In this document: positions 17,147-25,058 of the stretch, in pieces | Layout: the number at the start of each line of letters is the position of its first letter | Position numbering within the stretch: position 1 is the stretch's first letter | From: Longimicrobiales bacterium | GTDB taxonomy: Bacteria > Gemmatimonadota > Gemmatimonadetes > Longimicrobiales > RSA9 | Direction: 5' to 3' | Assembly (NCBI GenBank): GCA_050732635.1 | Contig: JBOHRE010000003.1 | Location: 1,924-65,923 of the forward strand | DNA length: 64,000 bases | The notes under the pieces: generated by a model | Told to the model about the DNA's origin: nothing | The model's database searches: none | What the model saw: only the letters and a program-made list of their open reading frames with translations | Program-made: the position numbers and the translations under genes

Positions 17147-19972
17147 TTAGTCGACACGATTACCAGCGCTCCGTTGAGCGGTGGCCGGGGACACCGGACC
17201 ACGTAAGGGCAGAGCGGGTACTTCTCGGAGCACACGGTGCAGATGCTCCGCAATTAGGCGGTGCGCTCTTTGGTTTGGGTGCCAATCCCATTCGGCCACT
17301 TGAAGAGCATCCGGAGCATACCCCTTGAATACGTCGCTGAGATCCAGAGTGACGAATCCTGCATCGCTCGCGAACCGCTCGAGTGCAGCAACGCCGTCTG
17401 GAGGGTTGGCCGACTCGAAGGTCGGCAGATAAATCCATACAGGAGTGATTCCACTCTGACGGCAGATCCTGGCAATTCGGTCATACGTAAACGATAGAAT
17501 CTCCGAGCCAAAGGACTGTAGCCTTCGCTCAGCCGCGGTACGCGTCTCCCCTGGCTCGATCGAGACCTGCTGCACGAACTCTCGAAGCTCAGGATAGGGA
17601 ACCTCAACTCCCTTCACCGCCATGCTCGCAAGGTGACGAATGACTTCACTGCGATCACTGCCGTGACCTATGACAAACACGGCGTCGGGTTCGAATCGTA
17701 GAGCTTTGGTTTCCAACGCGCGGAGGAGTTGAAACGGTGTAAAGCCCCCAACCGCGAAATTCAGAATCTCGTAGGTGGTTGCTCCGCCGACCGACCGATT
17801 CAGTCGATCCTCGAGCACCTTCTCGAACACGTGTTCGTCGTCCACTCCCCACCCCATCGCCACGGACGCTCCGAGAAGCGCGATGCGATACGTCGATGGC
17901 GGTGTTTTTAGCTCATACTCTTGGTCGCGCATTCCCCACTGGTTGGTGTGCAGACGCGCACCATTGAAAATAGTCGATATGTGCGGCCGCAACTCACCGA
18001 CAAAAAAGTCGTGGGTCAGCAGCACCAGGTCAGAATCCCACAGGCTGCCTACTGCCGGCGGACGCTGCATGTACACCTGCCACAGCTCACCATTGAAGCG
18101 GCTCACGCCGACCAGATTTTCGTAATAGCCGCGCTGTAACAATGTAGCGTCCTGCTGGTTGAGCTCGGTGCTCTGCAAACCCGCCAGTGTGGCCGCCATG
18201 CGCGCAGGCAGCGGCTCCGTGATGGCCGGACGGCTGATCAGGAGAAGTGCGGCGACCAGCGCGCAGGTTCTCGCCGCGGTAGGCAGCAAGCCCCCCGGCC
18301 AGCGCACGTGCCCTCTGGACCGCCACCATTCGCTCACCACCTTCATGCCGGCCATCACCGCGAACATACCGGCACCGATCAGGAACAGTACGGCTGTGAC
18401 CGCGATCGTCCCGAGCACATTCTGGGAGCGGTCGCCGAATATCGACCAGAGGCTCGCCCACTGGGCCAAGCTGGCGCTCGTCCACAGCGACCAGAGAATG
18501 CACATCGTAGCGAATGTCGCCCCTACGCGAAGGGCCTGACTGACGTGCTCCCGTGTCGAGCTCCGAGCACCGGCAACCGCGCGTTTCCGGCCCCGGCTCA
18601 GTTCGTAGAGGGAGTTCGCAACCAGGAGTACAGCCAGCAGCGTCCAGAACAGCAGATCCGGACCGGACAGCAGGAAATCGCCAAGGATCCAGAACCACTG
18701 ATACGCGTGGAAGAACCATGTGAGAACGAAGACGACCAGAGTGGCGCCAATGATCGCGGTCCGCTCACCGAGCCTACGTAGCCGGAAGAAGGCCGGATAA
18801 TAGAAGACCTTCATCATGAAGTCCTTCCAATAAATGTTGATCCGGCGCCACAGATCGGTGAAGCTGGAGGCCAAATAGAAATATCGGTGCGTCTCCGGAA
18901 GATTGAATCCGAACAGGTGCAGCATGCCAATGATCAGATGGAAGAGACCGGACACCTTCAAGTACAGCAGGAAGTTGGCAGCAATGTACTGGACCAGCTC
19001 GGGCGGCGTCGACACGTCCGCGGGCGACAGAGCGAGGTGCTGGTAGACCAGCCGGTAGATCAGAAGATGAGTAATGCCGCGCACCATCCACTGGATACCG
19101 CGCTGGTAGATGACGCACGCATCGTCGTTGTAGTACGTGCGCCGGAACGTGGCGAAGTCGACCACCGGAAACAGCGGGAAAACGAGGTTCGGCAGCATGA
19201 AGAAATACGCGAGCGCGTCCGCCGGCCGCCACGGCCGAGTCGCGTGTTTAAGATCGTACATGTAGATGATCAGCCTGAACATGAACATCGAGCCCAGGAT
19301 GGGCCATATGGCCGCGGACCACGGAGCCGACAGGGAGCCGCCGCGGAATAGCGCGAGCAGCAGCCCGGCGGCGATGAGCAGCGCAACGCGCAATCCGAAG
19401 CCGAGCGGAAGATGGCAGATCAGGATGAGCGACAGCCCCAGGGCGATCAGCCAACCGGCAGCAACGAAGCCAAACGTCGTCCAGGCCGCGACGAAGGAGA
19501 GCGCCACGAAGAACGGTAGCCGATGCCGCTGCGGCAGCGAGTGGTGCAGCACGAACCCGGCAAACGTGAGGACAGCGATCTTCTCGTAGAATGCGGTGTT
19601 CTCGATCGCGAAATGCTGGAGCAGTAACACCACCAGAGCGAGCTGAGTCGTGACCGCCGCCAGTGCGGGGATCGTGCGCGCATGCTCGGCCCACCAGGCG
19701 CGGATCGCGTCGAATATCGGCTGCTGCTGGGCTCCCAGGTGAAGTGACACACCTTGCGTCAGGGCCACACCACCGGCGAGGCCCAGCAGCGCCTGTGGTA
19801 CGCCGAGGCCGGGCTCGCCGAGGAACAGGTCGGCCACCAGCGCCCCCACTACCGCGAAGCCCCCAAGCGCCACCAGAAGCGCGGCGAGCAGCCGCGCCGC
19901 CCATACCCGCTGACGGCTGTCAGGAACGAGTACGACGCCAACAGGCGCGCTGTTCATGGTCGGAGTTGCCAC
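17147..19972 (-). CDS. MBOAT (AlgI/DltB-like membrane O-acyltransferase) fused to a C-terminal extracytoplasmic SGNH/GDSL-like (DltD/AlgX-like) domain
   Basis: 941 aa. MBOAT block VSGLFHLIIGMLHLFGFNLPETHRYFYLASSFTDLWRRINIYWKDF plus downstream TWFFHAYQW. After further TM segments come SGNH-like blocks YRIALLGASVAMGWG, ILNFAVGGF, AVFVIGHGSD and EWDWHPNQ. The start lies 3 nt after the halogenase-like gene stop. Confidence 0.8.
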   Translation of the reverse strand: MATPTMNSAPVGVVLVPDSRQRVWAARLLAALLVALGGFAVVGALVADLFLGEPGLGVPQALLGLAGGVALTQGVSLHLGAQQQPIFDAIRAWWAEHARTIPALAAVTTQLALVVLLLQHFAIENTAFYEKIAVLTFAGFVLHHSLPQRHRLPFFVALSFVAAWTTFGFVAAGWLIALGLSLILICHLPLGFGLRVALLIAAGLLLALFRGGSLSAPWSAAIWPILGSMFMFRLIIYMYDLKHATRPWRPADALAYFFMLPNLVFPLFPVVDFATFRRTYYNDDACVIYQRGIQWMVRGITHLLIYRLVYQHLALSPADVSTPPELVQYIAANFLLYLKVSGLFHLIIGMLHLFGFNLPETHRYFYLASSFTDLWRRINIYWKDFMMKVFYYPAFFRLRRLGERTAIIGATLVVFVLTWFFHAYQWFWILGDFLLSGPDLLFWTLLAVLLVANSLYELSRGRKRAVAGARSSTREHVSQALRVGATFATMCILWSLWTSASLAQWASLWSIFGDRSQNVLGTIAVTAVLFLIGAGMFAVMAGMKVVSEWWRSRGHVRWPGGLLPTAARTCALVAALLLISRPAITEPLPARMAATLAGLQSTELNQQDATLLQRGYYENLVGVSRFNGELWQVYMQRPPAVGSLWDSDLVLLTHDFFVGELRPHISTIFNGARLHTNQWGMRDQEYELKTPPSTYRIALLGASVAMGWGVDDEHVFEKVLEDRLNRSVGGATTYEILNFAVGGFTPFQLLRALETKALRFEPDAVFVIGHGSDRSEVIRHLASMAVKGVEVPYPELREFVQQVSIEPGETRTAAERRLQSFGSEILSFTYDRIARICRQSGITPVWIYLPTFESANPPDGVAALERFASDAGFVTLDLSDVFKGYAPDALQVAEWDWHPNQRAHRLIAEHLHRVLREVPALPLRGPVSPATAQRSAGNRVD

Positions 19973-19975
19973 TGT

Positions 19976-21325
19976 TCAGAATGCCGGCTTGAAAGCGTCG
20001 TTCGTTAGCTCACCCAGCATATTGTGCCAGATGTGCCTCTCATCGTTCTCCACCACCGTCACGATCTGCTGCATCTTCTGCAGGACCGCAGGCTGTTCCT
20101 CGTCGTAGACGTCGCCCTGCAACAGCTTGAGCACGTCGAGGCGATACCGCCGATCGCGAACGAACGCGGTGAACAGGACGTTCAGCCGGTAGTAAACCGA
20201 GATGAAGTCGTACCAGTTACGCGTTCCGCGGCGGATGGTGGTCTCGAAGTCGCTGAACGCGCTCCGCGAGAACTCGCCAGTCTCGAATGCGCGGAGCACG
20301 TCGCGGCTCGCGAAGCGCGCGCTGTTCAGGGCGATACTGACGCCGGTCGAGAAGATCGGGTCGACGAAGCGCGCCGCGTCGCCGATCAGAACGAGCCGAT
20401 CTCCAGTGATCTGACGCATCGCATAGCTGTAATCGCCCTCGTCCTTGAGCGGCCGCAGCTGCAGTGATGCAGCGACGCCGTCCCGCAGCTCCGGCCGGCT
20501 GCCGAGGCAGTCCCAGAAGAACTGCTCACGCTCCTGGCGGGCTTTCGCAAAGTGCCTCTTCTGCGTGACCACACCGATACTGGTGACGGAATCGGTGATC
20601 GGGATCTGCCAGACCCAGCTGTTGGTGATCGGCAGGAAGTGGACGAAGATGTGATCGCGCAGTGTGGCGTCGCGGGCGCCGGAAGCGCGATCGTAGCCTT
20701 CGAACCACGTGTGCAGCGCAAACTGATCGAAGACTTGGTCGTTGACCTTCCACTTGAGCTGGTTGCCGACCAGCGTACGTCGGCCGCTGGCATCTACGAC
20801 CATGCGTGCAGTGATGCCGACGGATCGTCTGCCGAGGGTGAAGAAGACGGTTGCGTGGCCCTCAGCGAATTCGACGCGCGTGACGGGCACACCTTCGTAC
20901 ACGGCCGCGCCGAGCTCATGCGCGTGCTGCAGCAGAATGTTATCGAAGACTCCGCGGTCGACGTGATAGGTGTAGGTCTGGTCGACGCCTGCCTGCTCCC
21001 GCTCGGCGAATTCGATGTCGACCTGGCAGTCGGGCTCCAGCCCTTCCCAGTCGTGCACAGCGAGGCCGGAGCTGGTGCTCGATGTCCAGACCGCGCCGTA
21101 TTTGTGCGGGAATCTGGCGGCTTCCAGCTTCGGCAGCAGGCCCAGGTCCTTGAACACGCGAGTCGAAGAGGGGACCAGGGATTCGCCGACGTGCGGTCGG
21201 GGGAACAGCTCGCGCTCCAGCACGACGCAGCTGATGCCGGCGCGGGCCAGGTAAGCGGCCATGCTCGAGCCGGCGGGGCCACCGCCGATGATGGCTACGT
21301 CGAAGTCGGTCGCTGTGGCGGCCAT
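19976..21325 (-). CDS. FAD-dependent halogenase-like flavoprotein (PltA/PrnA-type motifs)
   Basis: DFDVAIIGGGPAGSSMAAYLARAG (GxGxxG), NSWVWQIPITD (WxWxIP) and GDAARFVDPIFSTGVSIA (FxxPxxSxG). ATG 21325 (MAATATDFDV) is preferred over the track start 21382, which would overlap the carrier gene by 44 nt. Confidence 0.8.
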   Translation of the reverse strand: MAATATDFDVAIIGGGPAGSSMAAYLARAGISCVVLERELFPRPHVGESLVPSSTRVFKDLGLLPKLEAARFPHKYGAVWTSSTSSGLAVHDWEGLEPDCQVDIEFAEREQAGVDQTYTYHVDRGVFDNILLQHAHELGAAVYEGVPVTRVEFAEGHATVFFTLGRRSVGITARMVVDASGRRTLVGNQLKWKVNDQVFDQFALHTWFEGYDRASGARDATLRDHIFVHFLPITNSWVWQIPITDSVTSIGVVTQKRHFAKARQEREQFFWDCLGSRPELRDGVAASLQLRPLKDEGDYSYAMRQITGDRLVLIGDAARFVDPIFSTGVSIALNSARFASRDVLRAFETGEFSRSAFSDFETTIRRGTRNWYDFISVYYRLNVLFTAFVRDRRYRLDVLKLLQGDVYDEEQPAVLQKMQQIVTVVENDERHIWHNMLGELTNDAFKPAF

Positions 21326-21338
21326 TTCAGTCTTCGGT

Positions 21339-21605
21339 TCAGGTCGTGACCTGACGCTGCCGAACCAGCGCCGCAATGTCATCGAGCGTATTCAGATGAT
21401 CGACGCTCGCCTCATGCGCCTGGATCTCGATGCCGAAGCGCTCTTCGAGGAACGCGACCAGGCGGACGGTCGCCAGGGAATCGAGGATGCCTCCAGTGAT
21501 GAGCGGCGTCTCGCTCGTCAGCTCGCCTGGCGCCGTGCCGGGCAGAAACTCATCGAGGATGAAGTCCTTGATCGTGCCCTGAATCCCCTCCATGGCCTCC
21601 CTCAT
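21339..21605 (-). CDS. Stand-alone acyl/peptidyl carrier protein (DltC-like subtype)
   Basis: 88 aa. Phosphopantetheine-site context GGILDSLATVRLVAFLEERFGIEI resembles DltC (LLDS.GTV.LL..E.RF) more than the FAS ACP motif (DSLDTVELV). Confidence 0.85.
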   Translation of the reverse strand: MREAMEGIQGTIKDFILDEFLPGTAPGELTSETPLITGGILDSLATVRLVAFLEERFGIEIQAHEASVDHLNTLDDIAALVRQRQVTT

Positions 21606-21634
21606 GGTGCAAGATACGGAAGTGCCCGGCGCCT

Positions 21635-22783
21635 TCAGACGCCGAGCCAGCGTGCGATGATGTTGCGCTGCATCTCCGACGTGCCGGAGTAGAGCGTGCC
21701 GCCGACGGCGTCGCGGAGCGTGCGCTCGACCTCGTACTCGGTGGTATAGCCGTAGCCGCCGTGGACCTGGACGGTGGCGAGTGCCGACTCGAGCAGTGAT
21801 TCGCTGACGAACAGCTTGGCGATCGCCGCCTCCAGCGCGGCGCTGCGGCAGTGCTCGAGACGCCAGGCGGCCTGATAGACCAGCAGCCGCGCCGCCTCGA
21901 GCCTGACCTTCATGTCGGCGATCCGGTGCGCGACTGCCTGGAACTTGCCGATCGCCTGGCCGAACTGGGTTCGCGTGCGGGCGTATGCGATCGACTGCTC
22001 GAGCAGCCGCTGCATCGTACCGACATGGCTGGCGAACAGGCAGATGCGCTCCCAGTCCATGGCATGCGTGAAGACGCGCGAGCCGCCGCCGACGCCGCCG
22101 AGGACCGCATCCGCAGCGAGCTCGACATCATTGAACGTCAGCTCGCCGAGCGGTGAAGAGCGCAGGCCCATCTTGTCGATCTTGCCGCTCGCGCCGACGC
22201 CCGGCGTGGCGCGCTCGACGAGCAGCGCAGTGATGCCGCCATGATAGCCCTTCGCCCGGTCGGTCACGGCAAAGACGATGACCAGATCCGCGACCGGTCC
22301 ATTGGAGACGAACATCTTGGCGCCGCTCAGACGGAAGCCGCACCCGTTGGGCTCCGCGCGGGTGCGCAACGCGAAGGCGTCGGAGCCGGAGCCGGGTTCG
22401 GTCATGGCGTGCACGCCGATCAGCGTGCCATCGCAGAGCCCCGGCAGGTAACGGCGCTTCTGTTCCTCGGTGCCGAACTTCCAGATTGGCACGACGCAGG
22501 AGAGCAGGTGCGCACAGATGGAGAAGACCAGTCCGCCATCACGGCAGCCGTAACCGAGCGCATCGAGCGCGACGGCGCAGGAAAGCGCGTCGAGGCCCAG
22601 GCCACCGTACTCCTCCGGGACGGGCAGGCCCGGCAGGCCAAACTCGCCGCACCTGCGCCAGAGCCCGCGCGGAAACTCCTGCTCGAGGTCGCGCTCGGCG
22701 GCGCCCTCATTGAGCGTCGCCCGGGCGAAGCCGATGACGCGATCGCGCAGATCCGTCTGCTCCGGCGTCAGCTCGAAATTCAT
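21635..22783 (-). CDS. Acyl-CoA dehydrogenase family flavoprotein (candidate acyl/aminoacyl-S-carrier dehydrogenase)
   Basis: The track ORF 21635..23242 is over-extended. ATG 22783 (MNFELTPEQTDLRDRV) forms an ATGA overlap with the adenylation-gene stop. 382 aa with typical ACAD layout and C-terminal HGGYGYTTEYEVERTLRDA. Confidence 0.85.
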   Translation of the reverse strand: MNFELTPEQTDLRDRVIGFARATLNEGAAERDLEQEFPRGLWRRCGEFGLPGLPVPEEYGGLGLDALSCAVALDALGYGCRDGGLVFSICAHLLSCVVPIWKFGTEEQKRRYLPGLCDGTLIGVHAMTEPGSGSDAFALRTRAEPNGCGFRLSGAKMFVSNGPVADLVIVFAVTDRAKGYHGGITALLVERATPGVGASGKIDKMGLRSSPLGELTFNDVELAADAVLGGVGGGSRVFTHAMDWERICLFASHVGTMQRLLEQSIAYARTRTQFGQAIGKFQAVAHRIADMKVRLEAARLLVYQAAWRLEHCRSAALEAAIAKLFVSESLLESALATVQVHGGYGYTTEYEVERTLRDAVGGTLYSGTSEMQRNIIARWLGV

Positions 22784-24348
22784 GCGACGGGCTCGAGCAG
22801 GCGCTGGTAATCGACCTTGGCGGTCGACGTCTTGGGCAGCGTGTCGACGAAGGCAAACGCGTCGGGCACCATCCACAACGGCAGGACCTCGGCGCAGAAG
22901 CGCTTGAGCTCGATCAGGCCGGGCCGCTGCGCGTCGCGGCAGCTCAGGTACGCCGTGATGCGGACGTCGCCCTCGGCACCGCGTGTGGCGACTGCCGCCG
23001 CCTCGCGGATCGCGGGGTGCCGGTACAGGCCGGCCTCGATCTCGCCCAGCTCGATCCGGTAGCCGCGGCGCTTCACCATGCGGTCGCGGCGACCCAGGAA
23101 GATGAAGTCGCCAGCGGAGTCCTCGGCAACGACGTCGCCCGTGCGATACCAGCGGGTCCCATCGGCGTCGCTGAGGAACGCCCGCTCGGTCTGCTCGGGC
23201 CGGTTCCAGTACCCCGCCATCACCGGCGCACCGGTGACGCACAGCTCGCCCTCCTCTCCGAGACCGACGTCCTCGCCGTTCGCGTCGATGATCCGAATCC
23301 GCACATGCGAGCAGGGGCGCCCGATCGGATACGGCTCGACGCGGTCATCGGGCACTCGCTCCGCGACCTCGTACCAGGTGCAGACGTTCGTCTCGGTCGG
23401 GCCGTACAGATTGAAGTAGCGGGGGGCCGGCCACAGCCGCTGAATGCGTCGGAGGTGCTTCACCGGGAAGACCTCCCCGGCGAACAGCACGGTGCGCAGC
23501 GCGGGATACGTCTGGCGCTCGAGCCGCCCGTACTGTGCCAGGAGCGCGAGGATCGAAGGAGCGGAGTACCAGACCGTGATCCGGCGCTCGGCAATCATGG
23601 CGCCGAGCGTGATCGGGTCCTTGGCCGCCTCGGCGCCGATCAGCACGATCGTCGCACCGTGCTTGATCGCCACGTACAGGTCGAGGATCGACAGATCGAA
23701 ATGCAGCGGCGCGTGCGAGGAGAAGCGATCGTCATCGTGCGGCGCGAACGCTTCCGAGCACCAGTCGACGAAGCTGAGGGCGTTGGCGTGACTCAGCATG
23801 ACGCCCTTGGGCGTGCCCGTCGATCCCGAGGTGTAGAGGATGTAGGCCAGCCCGTCCGCGCCGGCGGCAACGCCAGGTCTCACCGGGACCAGGGCCTCCG
23901 CCTTCAGTGCGGCGCGCAGCCCGCGTCCCGCGCCGACCTCGGCCAGTCGCAAAAACGCGGGACCGTCCGTCTCGCGGTGCAGCTCCCGAGCGATGGCGTT
24001 CGCAACCGCCTCCTCGACGATCAGCGCGCAGACACCGCAGTCCTCGAGGATGTAGGCGCTGCGCTGCACCGGCGCGCCCGGGTCGATCGGCACGTACGCG
24101 CCGCCCGCCTTCAGGATGCCGAAGATCGCGGCAACCGCATCGATCGATTTCCCCAGCGCCAGACCGACGCGATCACCGGGGGCCACGCCCCGGGCAACCA
24201 ACCAGGCGCAGACGCGGTCCGAAAGAGCATCCAGCGCGGCATACGTGATGTCGCCGCACCCCGGCTCCTCGATGGCGACCTGCTCCGGCCGCCGCCTCGC
24301 CGCCACCGTCAGCAGTGTGCACAGCGTGCGCTCTGGATGTATGCTCAT
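22780..24348 (-). CDS. Stand-alone adenylation enzyme (amino-acid adenylation domain, DltA/PltF-like)
   Basis: 522 aa with A-domain cores LAYILYTSGSTGTPKGV, HFDLSILDLY (FDxS with Asp), NLYGPTE, YRTGD, GRRDRMVKRRGYRIELGEIE and PKTSTAKVD. No C, T or TE domains are fused. Confidence 0.9.
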   Translation of the reverse strand: MSIHPERTLCTLLTVAARRRPEQVAIEEPGCGDITYAALDALSDRVCAWLVARGVAPGDRVGLALGKSIDAVAAIFGILKAGGAYVPIDPGAPVQRSAYILEDCGVCALIVEEAVANAIARELHRETDGPAFLRLAEVGAGRGLRAALKAEALVPVRPGVAAGADGLAYILYTSGSTGTPKGVMLSHANALSFVDWCSEAFAPHDDDRFSSHAPLHFDLSILDLYVAIKHGATIVLIGAEAAKDPITLGAMIAERRITVWYSAPSILALLAQYGRLERQTYPALRTVLFAGEVFPVKHLRRIQRLWPAPRYFNLYGPTETNVCTWYEVAERVPDDRVEPYPIGRPCSHVRIRIIDANGEDVGLGEEGELCVTGAPVMAGYWNRPEQTERAFLSDADGTRWYRTGDVVAEDSAGDFIFLGRRDRMVKRRGYRIELGEIEAGLYRHPAIREAAAVATRGAEGDVRITAYLSCRDAQRPGLIELKRFCAEVLPLWMVPDAFAFVDTLPKTSTAKVDYQRLLEPVA

Positions 24349-24450
24349 GCGGATACAGCCCCGTCCGTGAGGCGACTGCGTTCTGTCTTGTTGGTTTGGA
24401 CCCGTCGTGAGCCGCGCCTCGGGGTGGCGCGGATACCGACTGCCGTCTGA

Positions 24451-24609
24451 CTACGCGCGGGAGCCGAACAGCCGGGCGAAGGTCCGGCTGACCGCCGAGA
24501 TGCCGCCGCGGACGAAGCCGACCGTACGATGCCAGAACATGAGGGCCACGCCGGCACCGGCGGCCAGGGCGGACGCCAGCGGCATCAGGGTCTCGGGGCC
24601 GATGTACAT
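24451..24609 (-). CDS. Candidate 52-aa single-pass membrane peptide
   Basis: ATG 24609 is preceded by GGAGA 7 nt upstream. Sequence MYIGPETLMPLASALAAGAGVALMFWHRTVGFVRGGISAVSRTFARLFGSRA has one hydrophobic helix followed by a basic tail. Same strand as the adenylation gene and 102 nt upstream of it. It is part of the over-extended track ORF 24451..24840. Confidence 0.45.
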   Translation of the reverse strand: MYIGPETLMPLASALAAGAGVALMFWHRTVGFVRGGISAVSRTFARLFGSRA

Positions 24610-25058
24610 AGCCTGTCTCCGGTGCTGTGGTTCAGTGTGTCGGGCCGATTGGGGGGCCGAACGGCCGCGTGCACCCTCTGAAATCTCCGGGCCAGGCGCG
24701 CGGCGGGGGCGCCCCAACCGGCAGGAGCGGCCACTTCGGCCGTGAATCGCCGGGCAGGCTGGCCGTAAAGGCCCCCCGAACACCGTCCGCTCCGGGGTCA
24801 GGGCTGTAGCATGCGTGCAACAGAACGGGCGGCCATGCAACGCGCGTGCGGCTCGTCGAGGCGGCTGAGCGGGAGGCGGCTGAGCTGAACGGCACCGAAG
24901 AAGACGGGCCCCGGCACGCCGTCACGCGCGCCGCCGCCAGGGGAATGCTTCGTGCCTTCGAGTTGGCGCCCGCCGAGGACGTCGGCGGGGTGCCGCGGCC
25001 GGGCTGCGCGCGGCGGCACGCCAGCCGCGAATTCAACTCCGTCTGTCGGACACCCTGC

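Noticed and set aside
17147-19972. Possible loss of the catalytic His in the MBOAT half (WRRIN where AlgI-type proteins have WRRWH)
   Set aside because: A downstream His in a WHG-like context (TWFFHAYQW) is retained and probably corresponds to the invariant MBOAT His. The WRRWH position varies (Asn or Asp in many MBOATs). This is not evidence of inactivity without a proper alignment.
22784-23242. N-terminal 153 residues of track ORF 21635..23242 (ACAD)
   Set aside because: It lies inside the adenylation gene in another frame. The ACAD homology starts at MNFELTPEQ (ATG 22783), which is ATGA-coupled to the upstream stop.
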